Shown here: positions 1 through 11,279 of the stretch, piece after piece
How the letters are laid out: each line of letters opens with the position of its first letter
How positions within the stretch are numbered: the stretch's first letter is position 1
Program-made: the position numbers and the translations under genes
Notes under the pieces: generated by a model
The model's input: only the letters and a program-made list of their open reading frames with translations
What the model was told of the DNA's origin: nothing
Database searches by the model: none
From: Spirochaetota bacterium
GTDB taxonomy: Bacteria > Spirochaetota > UBA6919 > CBDBPB01
DNA length: 64,000 nt
Direction of reading: 5' to 3'
NCBI GenBank assembly: GCA_965208615.1
Contig: CBDBPB010000004.1
Span: forward strand, 64,001 to 128,000

Positions 1-920
1 TAACTTCCCTTTATCTAAATAATAGCCACTATGATAGTAAAAAAAAGGTAATATACTCCTATACCATAGAACAAGAAGACTTTGAAAGATATAATAGATA
101 TGAAACTTCAGTAATTGCCATAGGTAGAGTAAAAGCTATATCCAATATTACCCTAGAGTCCGAAGAGGCTGTCTTTGTTGCCTTATATTTGGGAGAACAT
201 GACTTTCAATGTAAAATTAATGGAATGGTTTCTGATTATCCTCAAATAAAAAAAGATATTCTAGATACCTTTATGAAAGATAATATAGCACAGGTAATTC
301 GTAAAATAGATCATTATTTCCCTAAAGAGTTTTACTCCTTAAAAGACTTATTCCTAGAAGAACGTAGAAAAATCTTAATTGGTATATCAGAACAAATATT
401 TCTTAAATTTCAAACTGGATATCTTAAACTATATAAAAAAAATAGACGTCTTATGGACTATCATATAAAAATAGACGTTCCCATTAATGAGGAGTTTAAA
501 AAAGCCGCTCAATTTGTGCTATCCAATAGACTAAAGAATAAAATAATAGAAGAAAGCAAATCAATAGGAGCTATTAACTATTCTGATGGTATATCTAAGG
601 TATTTAATGAAAGTCAAAAATGGGGTATAAAGCTTAACTTATTAACAACTACTAAAATAGTTAACAAAATAATTAATTCTAAGATAGCCCTATTAAAAAA
701 ACGTATAACTAGTTCAAATCTAAAGGATATTATAAGGTTTTTGTCTATTAGTAAAGATATTGGCCTACCCATTAATATCTGGAACTTTCAAAATAGCTAT
801 TTTGATATTTATAAAAATCCGCCCCTGCTATTGGATGAAGAAAAAGATAATACATTTAAACTTTTAAATGAGTTAGAGCTTATGTTAAACTTCCAATTAA
901 GTAATAGTTTGGATAGCTAA
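1..920 (+). CDS. DUF3536 / GH57-associated protein, C-terminal part (5' end outside window)
   Basis: Frame is open from the window edge (position 3) into ORF 189..920. The motif YSLKDLFLEERRKIL resembles the DUF3536 region of GH57 proteins. Confidence 0.6.
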   Translation, partial: TSLYLNNSHYDSKKKVIYSYTIEQEDFERYNRYETSVIAIGRVKAISNITLESEEAVFVALYLGEHDFQCKINGMVSDYPQIKKDILDTFMKDNIAQVIRKIDHYFPKEFYSLKDLFLEERRKILIGISEQIFLKFQTGYLKLYKKNRRLMDYHIKIDVPINEEFKKAAQFVLSNRLKNKIIEESKSIGAINYSDGISKVFNESQKWGIKLNLLTTTKIVNKIINSKIALLKKRITSSNLKDIIRFLSISKDIGLPINIWNFQNSYFDIYKNPPLLLDEEKDNTFKLLNELELMLNFQLSNSLDS

Positions 921-1153
921 GTCATACCTAAGCGATTTTAATATAATTTTTCTATTGGTTTAAAAAGGTATTTTAATAATTTATGATTTTTTTTTGTTAT
1001 ATTTTTATTATTCTTGTGTTTATTAATTAATACCTTATACCTTAATTATTCGTTAATAACCCTTCTAAATAATTTAGTGAGAAACACTGTTATACAGATT
1101 TCTAATTATATATTTAGTAATTTATATTAAATAAATCCTAGGAGAGAAATACA

Positions 1154-2629
1154 ATGAAGTTAAATAATTTATACAAAAATAAAATAGGAATTTCTATATT
1201 AATATTATTGGCAATATCCTCTATATTTTTATTGTCCTATAATGAGATAATTTATGGTAAAAGTACAAATATTATTAAAGAAATTAACTCTAGTAAATCT
1301 AACCCAATAGTCACCAAAGATAAGGATTCTCTTAGAGTTGCTTTATCCCTTCAAAAAGCCATTAGAAACGTAGCTAAATCAATTAGTCCAACTGTAGTCA
1401 ATATTAGAACTGAGCTTAACCTAAAAGGTAGAAAAAGTAATAATTTTTTTAGGTTCTTTAATAGAGGACAAAAACTTCAACATCTTGGCTCAGGATTTAT
1501 AATCAGTAAAAAGGGATATATAATCACTAATAATCATGTAGTAAAAAATGCTGACCAAATTACCGTTTTATTTTCTGATGAAAAAGAATATGTAGGAAAA
1601 GTAATTGGAAAAGATAGTAGAACAGATATTGCAGTAATTAAGATTAATGCTAATGAAGATTTACCGGTAGCACCCCTTGGAAACTCTGATAATGTTAGAA
1701 TAGGAGATTTTGCAATTGCTATTGGTAACCCATTCGGCCTGAAAGGTAGTGTAACATTTGGAGTAATTAGTGCCATAGGTAGGGATAATATAGATTTAAA
1801 TGCCGGATTAAAAAATTATATTCAAACTGATGCCTCAATTAACAGAGGAAATAGTGGAGGGCCTCTCTTAAACATACACGGACAAGTTATTGGCATGAAT
1901 ACTGCTATCTACTCTACCACAGGTGGATCAGTTGGTATTGGTTTTGCTATTCCCGCTAATATTATTAAACGTATTGTATCTAGCCTTATTAAAAAAGGTT
2001 TTGTAGAACGAGGTTATTTGGGTGTAACCATAGCTCCTATTCCTAAAAATATTGCAAAATATCTTAAGATAAAAAAGAAAAGTGGTATTTTTGTCAATGA
2101 TGTTATGCCTGATGGACCCGCATATAAGGCTGGTATTAAAGCAGGTGATGTTATCCTTGAGGTTGACGGTAAGAAAATTACTTCTGTTAGTCATCTTCAA
2201 AGAGTCATTAGCTTAAAAAAAAGAGGGCAAAGAGTTAATATTAAGTTATTTAGAAAAAATAAAGTTATTACTAAAAAAGTAATTATTGGTAAGTTAAAAA
2301 GTGATCCAATAGCAAGAAATGGTAAAGAAAGTAAGAAAAAGAGTAGTAATTTTATGGGTATCACTGTTGGACCAATAAAAAATCATTATAAAAAATTCCG
2401 TTTATCAAAAAAGATTAAAGGAGTAGTAATAATTAATATAGAAAATAACTCCACAGCATATAAAGCTAATATTAGAGCTGGAGATGTTATACAGTTTATT
2501 AATTATGAATATATTAACTCAGTTAAAGGTTTTAATAAGTTTATAAATAAAAATAAAAAGAAAAAGAAGTTTTTAATACAGCTTAAACGAGGCAAACAAA
2601 ACTATTTTGCCTTGCTGGAAAATAAATAA
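1154..2629 (+). CDS. htrA: DegP/HtrA serine protease with two PDZ domains
   Basis: GSGFII, TNNHVV, DIAVIKI and QTDASINRGNSGGPL motifs; two PDZ domains; N-terminal hydrophobic segment; AGGAG RBS. Confidence 0.93.
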   Translation: MKLNNLYKNKIGISILILLAISSIFLLSYNEIIYGKSTNIIKEINSSKSNPIVTKDKDSLRVALSLQKAIRNVAKSISPTVVNIRTELNLKGRKSNNFFRFFNRGQKLQHLGSGFIISKKGYIITNNHVVKNADQITVLFSDEKEYVGKVIGKDSRTDIAVIKINANEDLPVAPLGNSDNVRIGDFAIAIGNPFGLKGSVTFGVISAIGRDNIDLNAGLKNYIQTDASINRGNSGGPLLNIHGQVIGMNTAIYSTTGGSVGIGFAIPANIIKRIVSSLIKKGFVERGYLGVTIAPIPKNIAKYLKIKKKSGIFVNDVMPDGPAYKAGIKAGDVILEVDGKKITSVSHLQRVISLKKRGQRVNIKLFRKNKVITKKVIIGKLKSDPIARNGKESKKKSSNFMGITVGPIKNHYKKFRLSKKIKGVVIINIENNSTAYKANIRAGDVIQFINYEYINSVKGFNKFINKNKKKKKFLIQLKRGKQNYFALLENK

Positions 2630-2665
2630 TTTATTCTTATACAATTTTAAGATTTCTATAATATT

Positions 2666-2723
2666 AAAGACTGGTCTAAAACAACTTTAATCTTAAGGTT
2701 ATAGCCCTTTTAGGTCAGTCTTT
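2666..2723 (+). terminator. Stem-loop downstream of htrA, putative terminator
   Basis: AAAGACTGGTCTAAAA pairs with TTTTAGGTCAGTCTTT (G-U allowed), followed by a T-rich tract. Confidence 0.5.
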
Positions 2724-3174
2724 ATTTTATGTTAGATAGTGTTTTGGTTTTTAGCTCTTGTTTTGTGGTATATTTTATGCCCCCTATTATATACAGACTT
2801 GCCTTTTTATTTATTAACCTGTTATAGCTATTCTCACAAATTAAATATACCGATTATAAAACTAAAACATAGTTTAGGTAAATATACATCTAAATTATCT
2901 TAAAGTATTTAAAATAAACTATAGTAACGGTTAATATTATACTATCCCATAAGTTAACCCTTGTGTATAATACTTAGGTTTTTTATCTTTTTCCATCTTT
3001 ATTCAGAAAAGTAAATTTTAACATTCTCTTATACGATTCTATATAAAGATTTAATAAAAAAAATAATTATTTAAACTCTCTTTTCAATTACATATAAATA
3101 ATAAAGCTTAATAATATAACATTCAAAGAATGGTTATAAACAAGCTAATTTTAAATAAAAAGGTGTTATAGAGT

Positions 3175-3750
3175 GTGTTTTATTACGTAAATAGTATAAT
3201 ATTAACTATTTTTTTATTTATAACATCCTTGTCTATTTCGGCTTATGGAGATAGCTCTAAAATTGTTAGTGTTAAATATTATTCTAAATACTTTTTTAAA
3301 GAAGATCATAAAGATATTCTACATAAAATAGAGGTATCACAAGATAAAATTAAATACTTAAAGTCTTTTTGGAAGGTTTACTATAATTTGGATAACAGAA
3401 TTATAGGAGAAGAGTACTACAAAAACTGGAGACTTTTTTATTATTATCTTTATAGGTATAAAAATAACAAGATTTATAAAGCTGGCTTTTTTTGGCATGG
3501 TATAATCGACAGAGCTCACTTTAATATATTTAAACGATATATATGGCAAGGGTATTTTTATAAAAGAATACCACATACTTTGTGGGTATATAATAAAAAT
3601 GGGCAACTAATTATAAAAGCATATTATAAATGGCAAAACAAATATAATATTGATTATACCGATAAATATATATATAACAAAGCTAAGAAGTTAGTTAGGA
3701 TAAAGAGGTATAGAGAGGGTATTATGGTTAAAGAGTATTTATTAAAATAA
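3175..3750 (+). CDS. Hypothetical exported protein
   Basis: 191-aa ORF with a signal-peptide-like N-terminus; Tyr/Lys-rich; AAGGTG RBS. Confidence 0.6.
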   Translation: MFYYVNSIILTIFLFITSLSISAYGDSSKIVSVKYYSKYFFKEDHKDILHKIEVSQDKIKYLKSFWKVYYNLDNRIIGEEYYKNWRLFYYYLYRYKNNKIYKAGFFWHGIIDRAHFNIFKRYIWQGYFYKRIPHTLWVYNKNGQLIIKAYYKWQNKYNIDYTDKYIYNKAKKLVRIKRYREGIMVKEYLLK

Positions 3751-3777
3751 ATATTTAGTTTTAAAAGGAGCGCTGTT

Positions 3778-4206
3778 TTGAAAGACAGTAGGCATGTTAA
3801 TAAGGTAGAATATTATAATAAGTTATTATCTAATTCAGAAAAAAACGAGATTATAATTGAGACTATTGCAGATAAAATTGCCAAATCAATGGGGATGCAA
3901 CTTATTGACTTTAGCAAAAATAAAACTAAGGTTATATATATTAATCGAGTTAGAAATGAAAAAGATATTCTTATGTTAAATAAACCAATTAAGATTTATA
4001 TTAAGAAGTTTATAGGAGGTTTTTCTGTTTCACAGAAGAATATATCACTAGTTATATTTGCTCCTAACTTTAGAGAGGCTTTAACAAAGTTTCAAAAAAC
4101 TTTTTTTGATGACTACCAAAAATATCTTTTGTTAGACCCTATTAACGGTGAAGATGTGGCATTTAAAAAGTTTTATAGTTCTTTAATGATTGCCAGTAAG
4201 GATTAA
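3778..4206 (+). CDS. Hypothetical protein
   Basis: 142-aa ORF with AAGGAG RBS before a TTG start. Confidence 0.6.
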   Translation: MKDSRHVNKVEYYNKLLSNSEKNEIIIETIADKIAKSMGMQLIDFSKNKTKVIYINRVRNEKDILMLNKPIKIYIKKFIGGFSVSQKNISLVIFAPNFREALTKFQKTFFDDYQKYLLLDPINGEDVAFKKFYSSLMIASKD

Positions 4207-4523
4207 CCGGCTTAAACTTATATATTTAACTTTTGCTATACATATAGGAGAGTCCATTCTACAAAAAAGGTCATCCGTGATCCATAGTGTAGAATGAGAG
4301 CTCTCTAATATTTATTTTTCTTTCGACATATTAAAAAAGATAGTTAGAACATTTTTACTAATATATTAAAAAAAGATTTATTTTATAATAAAGTTACTAA
4401 AGTACTGCCGTAACTACTTTTTATATCTTTAAGCTATAAAGTAGTTATAAAGTTATAATATGATTATCTATCTACTTAATCCCTCATTTTACTAGACTAT
4501 AAATTATATGTAAGAGATTTATT

Positions 4524-6197
4524 ATGAATAATTTAAAAAATCCACTTATTATTCAAAGTGATCAAACAATATTTTTAGAAGTACATCACCCTGACTATGA
4601 ACTTACTAGAGATAAACTATCCTCATTTGCAGAGCTGATAAAATCTCCCGAACATATACATACATACAGTATTTCACAAATATCTTTATGGAATGCCTCT
4701 TCTGCTGGAATTACAAAAGAAGATATTTACGATTTTCTTAAAAAGAAGTCAAAATATGAGATTCCAGATAATGTCTTCTATTTTATAGATAAGACTCTCT
4801 CTAAGTTTGGCAAGGCTGAGCTTTATAAGTCTGATGATGAAAATTACTTATATTTAAAAATATCTGATCCCGACATCATAGAAGAGCTAAAACATCATAA
4901 TAACATCTGGAAACTCTTTGTTAAACAAAAAGACTTTAATACATTTTTACTAAACTATATAAACAGAGGAACTATAAAACAGTTATTTATTGATATAGGC
5001 TATCCTATAAACGACTACGTAGGGTTTAGTGAGGGAGAAGCTTTTCCAATAGAACTTAGAAAGAATACTCTAATGGGTATTCCTTTTGAGCTTAGGGAAT
5101 ACCAAAAAGAGGCGTCTAATATTTTTTATTCAAACAACAGTAAGCTAGGGGGACATGGTGTAGTTGTTTTACCCTGTGGCTCAGGAAAAACAATGGTTGG
5201 TATGAGTATTATGGAAAAAATACAAATGTCAACTTTAATTCTAACTGCTAATGTAGCCGCTTGTCATCAATGGATTAACGAGCTTATAGACAAGTCTTAC
5301 GTTGATAGCAAAGATATTGGAGAGTTTTCTGGTGAAAAAAAAGAAATAAAACCTATTACTGTTGCCACTTATCAAATTGTTATTTATAGAAAACGTAAAG
5401 GAGATGATTATCCTCATTTTTCTCTTTTTAGAAAAAAAAACTGGGGATTAATTATTTATGATGAGGTTCATTTATTACCCGCTCCTGTATTTAGGGCTAC
5501 TGCTGAAATACAGTCCAAAAGAAGATTAGGCTTAACTGCTACTCTCATAAGAGAGGATGGTAAAGAAAAAGATGTCTTTTCATTAATTGGACCAAAACGA
5601 TATGATGCCCCATGGAAAGAGCTAGAAAATAAGGGCTATATATCTGAGGCAGTTTGTTATGAGATTCGTATTCTTATGAAGAGAAATTTACGATTAGAGT
5701 ATATGTCCTCTGGTAAAAGGGCTAAATTTCGTTTAGCCTCATCCAATGAAGAAAAGCTTAATGTGGTAGCCAGTCTTTTAGAGCGTCATACTGATGACCA
5801 AGTATTAATAATTGGTCAATATATTGATCAGCTTAATATTACTTCTAAACGTTTTAGTTTTCCTATTATCACTGGTAAAACTAATAACTCTGATAGGGAT
5901 AATCTTTATCAGGCATTTCGTAGTGGACATATTAATGTATTGGTGGTATCTAAGGTAGCCAATTTTGCTATTGACCTTCCTGATGCTTCTGTTGTGATAC
6001 AATTATCTGGTACTTATGGCTCAAGACAAGAAGAAGCTCAACGTTTAGGACGTATACTAAGACCAAAAAGAAAAACCTCTTATTTTTATACTATCATATC
6101 AAAAAACTCTAGCGAAGAGGAGTTTGCACATAAACGTCAACTTTTTCTTACCGAACAGGGTTATAAGTATATTATAGAGGACTGGGATAAAAATTAA
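4524..6197 (+). CDS. Bacterial XPB/Rad25-like SF2 helicase
   Basis: N-terminal PLIIQSD...KSPEHIHTY helicase-associated domain; LPCGSGKT, DEVH, GLTAT and QRLGRILR motifs. Confidence 0.9.
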   Translation: MNNLKNPLIIQSDQTIFLEVHHPDYELTRDKLSSFAELIKSPEHIHTYSISQISLWNASSAGITKEDIYDFLKKKSKYEIPDNVFYFIDKTLSKFGKAELYKSDDENYLYLKISDPDIIEELKHHNNIWKLFVKQKDFNTFLLNYINRGTIKQLFIDIGYPINDYVGFSEGEAFPIELRKNTLMGIPFELREYQKEASNIFYSNNSKLGGHGVVVLPCGSGKTMVGMSIMEKIQMSTLILTANVAACHQWINELIDKSYVDSKDIGEFSGEKKEIKPITVATYQIVIYRKRKGDDYPHFSLFRKKNWGLIIYDEVHLLPAPVFRATAEIQSKRRLGLTATLIREDGKEKDVFSLIGPKRYDAPWKELENKGYISEAVCYEIRILMKRNLRLEYMSSGKRAKFRLASSNEEKLNVVASLLERHTDDQVLIIGQYIDQLNITSKRFSFPIITGKTNNSDRDNLYQAFRSGHINVLVVSKVANFAIDLPDASVVIQLSGTYGSRQEEAQRLGRILRPKRKTSYFYTIISKNSSEEEFAHKRQLFLTEQGYKYIIEDWDKN

Positions 6198-6213
6198 AAA
6201 AAGGGATAATATA

Positions 6214-7318
6214 ATGCTAGGCCAATTACTAAAAACTTTAATAGTTATAGAAAAGCAAATATCTGAACACTGGAGGTCTCTTTGACCTTGACTCTAAGAA
6301 AGCCAATATATTAGAAATCGAAAATAAGATGGCTCTGTCAAGCTTTTGGAATAACAAAGAAGAGGCTAATTCACTAACTGCCAAGCTCGCAAACTTAAAG
6401 CGACTTGTAAAACCGTGGATAGACATAAAAAATGACCTTATTGATTATAAAGACATTGCTAAAATGCCTGATGTAGATAATGATCAAACTTTAATAAAAG
6501 AAATTGATGATGGTATAGCCTTGTTAAAAAAGCGTCTTGAGGATTTAGAGTTTAAGTTGATGTTTAGCGAGGATAATGATATTAATAATTGTTTTTTGTC
6601 TATAAATGCTGGTGCTGGGGGTACTGAGGCATGTGATTGGGTTGCCATGTTGTATAGGATGTATATTAGATGGGCTGAGAGTAAAGGATTTCTTTGTGAA
6701 ATTATTGATTATTTGGAGGGTGAAGAAGCTGGCATTAAAAATTTAACTATTTTGATTAAAGGTAACTATGCTTGTGGAATGTTAAGGTCAGAGTCTGGTG
6801 TACATAGGCTAGTTCGCATTTCGCCTTTTGACTCAAACAAGCGTCGTCATACATCTTTTGCATCTGTATATGTTTTTCCTGAGGTTTTAGATGAGATTGA
6901 ATTAAATATAAATACCAACGATATTAGAATTGATACTTACAGATCACAAGGAGCTGGTGGACAACATGTTAATACTACTGATTCTGCTGTTAGGATTACT
7001 CATATTCCTAGTGGAATTGTTGTTCAGTGTCAGAATAACCGTTCTCAACATAAAAATAAAGATAATGCTATGAAAGTCCTTAAGGCAAGGTTATACCAGT
7101 ATTACGAAAAACAGAGGATAGAAGAGATTGAAAAGGTTACTGCAGAGAAAAAAGAAATTGCATGGGGTAGTCAAATTCGTTCTTATGTTTTTCACCCGTA
7201 TACCATGGTTAAAGATCACAGAACCACTTTTGAGATTGGTGATGCTCAAGGAGTTATAGAGGGAAGACATCTGGATGAGTTTATACACAGCTTTTTAAAG
7301 TGGAAAATAGCTAATTAA
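6214..7318 (+). CDS. prfB: Peptide chain release factor 2 (programmed +1 frameshift)
   Basis: ATG 6214 reads 23 codons to CTT TGA C (6280-6286); the +1 frame continues into ORF 6329..7318. SPF and GGQ motifs are present. Confidence 0.96.
6272..6286 (+). promoter_or_regulatory. prfB autoregulatory frameshift site
   Basis: GGAGG internal Shine-Dalgarno followed by TCT CTT TGA C, the canonical RF2 shift cassette. Confidence 0.93.
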
Positions 7319-8335
7319 TATTACTAGAGCAACTTTTAAAGTTGCCTTTATTAAAAACTAAGATAATATAACTCTTTTATAAAGTTATTATTTATGGTTT
7401 TTATTCTTACCTATTAAAGCACAAATACTTAAACCAAACTATTTAGTTTAACATAAAAATAAATTATAAAAATATACAAATTGATAACTAGTTGTATACC
7501 AATAGGTATATAAAGTCTAATTTAGATAATTTATTGTATAGCAGAATATAAGAAACGCAATAAGATCACTGTAAAAAAACTTTTTTCACTTGACTTAAAT
7601 CAAATTTGTAGATAGATTAATAGAAGAGTCGGTAATTTATAGCTAATCGCCTTTAACTAAGTGTTATTTTTATATTTTAATGACCAATTTAAAATTAACT
7701 AAAATAATTCTACAATATTTATTAAGACATTAGTTCATACCTTTTTAACTGAGTCTTAAAACTTATTTATTATCACTCTTAACTAGACTGGGCTATAACT
7801 ATCAATACCTATATAGTCTAATAATACATTGTATTTGGTGTTTAAACTAGACTGGGAGGGGAAAACACCAAATGCAATTTACGTTTAAAATAAGTCCTAT
7901 GGTTTATTTTAAACGAGTTAATTATAATAATCTAAAACACACTACTTTTCTATATTACTCCTCTATATTTAAGCGAAAACTTGATACATAGTTTAATTTA
8001 TCCTTTATGCCATAGTCTTTTGACTAGTAATAAACCTATATAAAATAAATCTATAGCTTCTAAAATTACAGGATATACTACCCTAATATTAATAAAACAA
8101 ATTGTTTGTCTCTAATCTTTTATAAGACTCGTAAAAAAAAGTTTTTTTGCACCTAACCTGAAACAAGAGTAGTATATATAGGTATAAAGGGAATATTTTA
8201 ACTATAATTAACTTGCTAACTGTTTATTATTAATGCAATAATAGGTATTTTTTTCTTATTAAGAATCTAAGTTTTATGCAATAGCTCTTGTTTAATATAG
8301 TGAGATACTATAGTATAAAAGGCAAGAGGTAAAAG

Positions 8336-8473
8336 ATGGGCAAAAATAAAAGAGAAAAAGAAGTGCTTAGGATATTTAAGACCGTCAATGAAGAACAAGA
8401 AAAGCTAAAAGAAAAAAAAGAAAATGACTCAGACATAACTAATATAAATATTAACATAACTATAAACAAGTAA
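8336..8473 (+). CDS. Small hypothetical protein (45 aa), below the ORF-track cutoff
   Basis: AAGAGGT RBS upstream of ATG; MGKNKREKEVLRIFKTVNEEQEKLKEKKENDSDITNININITINK. Confidence 0.45.
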   Translation: MGKNKREKEVLRIFKTVNEEQEKLKEKKENDSDITNININITINK

Positions 8474-8917
8474 ATAGGGGTATTTTCTAAAGCTAAACTA
8501 CTGATCGTTTAATTTAATAAAATGTTTTGCTACAGCTTCATAAAACTAAACTACTGACTAAAATATAACTTTTTATAAAGATAAGCTATAGTATTAATTC
8601 GTTGCTAACTGACTTACTAATTTTCATATTTATGCATAATTATCTATCCCAGCCTTCTAAACCTTATTATATTGCCTAACCTTATAAAATAATCGAGGAT
8701 AAAAAGATTATATTTTTTTTTATTTCATAGCTTTTATCAAAAAAAATAATTTTCTTATTTTTAAAATTAAGTAAATTTTAGGGATATCTTAAATGCTTAA
8801 ACCCTATTACTGCTTTTTAATTAATTTATTAAAACACTTAGCCTTAATCATTGGCTTTGTTAAGGGTATAAAGTTAGTTAATGTCGCTATTTACAAATAG
8901 AATGAGAATTACTGAAC

Positions 8918-10039
8918 ATGATTAAAACTCGTAGTGCCTTATCTGTAGTTATGGATAATATAGATGTCAGTGTACTTATTATAGATATTGATAATAATGA
9001 TATTTTATTTTCTAACAATTACTTTAATAAGTTATTCGGTAATATAGTAGGAAAAAAGTGTTGGGAAGTTATCTCTAACAAGAATCACGGCCCTTGTAAG
9101 TCTTGTAATAAGGATTTACTTGTAAAAAGGTTTTCAGAAAAAGAGAGTAAAAATAAAACTTTGGTATGGGAGTTTTTTAATACCTCATTAAATATTTGGT
9201 TTGAGGTTCGGGATAGGCTTATTAATTGGGCCGATAATAAAGTTGCTAAGTTACAAATTGCTGTTGATATTACCGAACGTAAACAAATAGAGAGTAAGCT
9301 GAATAGCTATAAGTTACACTTGGAGGACTTAGTCAAAGAAAAGACTAAAGAATTAGCTTATAGGAACACAGAACTAAGTATAGAGATTTATGAACGTAAG
9401 CGTAATGAGATGGCATTAAAAGAGGCTGAGACTGAGTTAACTTGGTTAACTAGTGAAATTCATAATTCTATAAAGAATAAGTTAGAGTCTGCCAAATTCT
9501 TTATTCAGCAGGGTAAGTCATTAATAAGGCGATCACCTGGAAAAGCCATCGATTGTATTAACAAGGTAGAAAAGCTTTATTCTTTTATTAATAGTGTTAC
9601 AAGAAATATTTTATTTGTTACTCATCATAGACACTGTGATTCAAAAACTCTTTATAAAGAAATTGACCTTAGAGCAAGGTTAACATTAACTAACTCTTAT
9701 ATCTCTTATACAATAGACAAAGAAAACATAAGAGACTCTGATATTTTACGTCCTAGTTCGGTGCAATACATTTTAGAGGTTATATCTGAGCTTTTTAACA
9801 ATATTGCAAAGCACTCTAGAGCAACTCATACTAACATTACCATGAAAAATGACTATAATTATATTGTATTGGTGGTTGAGGACAATGGAATAGGATTTTC
9901 TTATGAAAAACAAAAGCATAAAGAAGATGCATACGGTATTGAGATTATAGAACAACTTTCTAAAAATTATAATGGTACAGTTGATTTTACTACAAGCGAA
10001 GGTAACGGCGTAATTGTAACCATAATAATTGATAAGTAA
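8918..10039 (+). CDS. PAS-domain sensor histidine kinase (HisKA_3 type)
   Basis: PAS region (GKKCWEV...DITERK), H-box-like SEIHNS, ELFNNIAKHS and EDNGIGF. Confidence 0.85.
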   Translation: MIKTRSALSVVMDNIDVSVLIIDIDNNDILFSNNYFNKLFGNIVGKKCWEVISNKNHGPCKSCNKDLLVKRFSEKESKNKTLVWEFFNTSLNIWFEVRDRLINWADNKVAKLQIAVDITERKQIESKLNSYKLHLEDLVKEKTKELAYRNTELSIEIYERKRNEMALKEAETELTWLTSEIHNSIKNKLESAKFFIQQGKSLIRRSPGKAIDCINKVEKLYSFINSVTRNILFVTHHRHCDSKTLYKEIDLRARLTLTNSYISYTIDKENIRDSDILRPSSVQYILEVISELFNNIAKHSRATHTNITMKNDYNYIVLVVEDNGIGFSYEKQKHKEDAYGIEIIEQLSKNYNGTVDFTTSEGNGVIVTIIIDK

Positions 10040-10236
10040 AGTAGTTTATTCAACATTCTTATTTTGTTTAAGTTGTTCAAAAGCATTTTGAAGGTTAATA
10101 GCCTCTTCGTCTAATTCTTGCTTATTATCTATGGGGTTAGATTTTGTATGTCTAAAGGCTAACCATAAACTTATAACTAAAGTTATTATTATTATCGCTG
10201 TAATGATTTCAAACATATTATTTATCCTAATTGTAT

Positions 10237-10881
10237 TTATAGTTCAATATATTCTAGTATAAATGGTAGTTTAAGTTTTGATAATCCTCTTTCTATGTGG
10301 CTAGTAACAGTATTTGGGTTCATATTAAGGGTTTTAGCTATTTCGTTTATTGTTTTACCTTTTTGTTTTAATATTAACACTTTTTTTTGATTATTCGTAA
10401 GACTTTGGACCTTTGATTGTGCATTATCCAACCTATTAGATAGTTCTATAGTTTTTTTACAATATTTGGTATAAGTCTTTTGCTGAAGAGATAATAATTG
10501 ATCATCCCTTTCTACACTAGTAACTATTTTATCTATTAAGACTTCACCTAGTGTACCTTTTTCTATATAGTCAGCTTTAAGTTGTTTAGCCTCTAACATT
10601 GTCTCTGAGTCAGGGTAGGCAGTTAGAAATATTATGTGAATATTAGGTGCTACTTTTTTCAAGATTTTTGCACAGTCCACACCCGACATCTCTCCTACAA
10701 GTTTAATATCCAAAAGGCATACATCTGGTTTAAAGGGAGAGTTTAAGCTATTAATAAAGTCTATTCCGTATGCATACTCTCCAAAGATAGATATACGCAA
10801 GTCTTTTTCCATAGTTTGCTTTAGTACTTGCCTATAAGACTTTTCATCATCTACTATAGAGACTTTTATCCGTCTTTGCAT
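10237..10881 (-). CDS. NarL/LuxR-family response regulator
   Basis: Receiver domain (IVDDE, LLDIKL, FLTAY) plus C-terminal HTH (LTNNQKKVL...EIAKTL...TVTSH). Confidence 0.88.
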   Translation of the reverse strand: MQRRIKVSIVDDEKSYRQVLKQTMEKDLRISIFGEYAYGIDFINSLNSPFKPDVCLLDIKLVGEMSGVDCAKILKKVAPNIHIIFLTAYPDSETMLEAKQLKADYIEKGTLGEVLIDKIVTSVERDDQLLSLQQKTYTKYCKKTIELSNRLDNAQSKVQSLTNNQKKVLILKQKGKTINEIAKTLNMNPNTVTSHIERGLSKLKLPFILEYIEL

Positions 10882-11279
10882 TTTTATTATCCTATTTATT
10901 GGTAAGTAATTATATATGTATTGTGGTTATATTTTTATGTTGTCCAAATCATAAGATAAATTAAATCATGGAAAAATTAATATAAAAATATTAACTAGTT
11001 TAGTGGTAAATTTCTACATAAGTTTAATATTTATCCAAATTCTTCTATAAAAGAACTTAATTGCTATCACATTAACGAGTTTTTCTAATATTTAAACTTT
11101 TACTAACATAATATGTTCTTTATGTTACAATTCAACTATCTAATATATAGCCTTGTTAATACGAAAAACCATTTTCTCTGTGGCATATTACTACTTGATT
11201 AATTCTATCAATAAAAGCATCTTAAATTAAGCAACCTTACTTTTAAAGCTATCAAATCATATTTTAAAAAGGGGGAATT

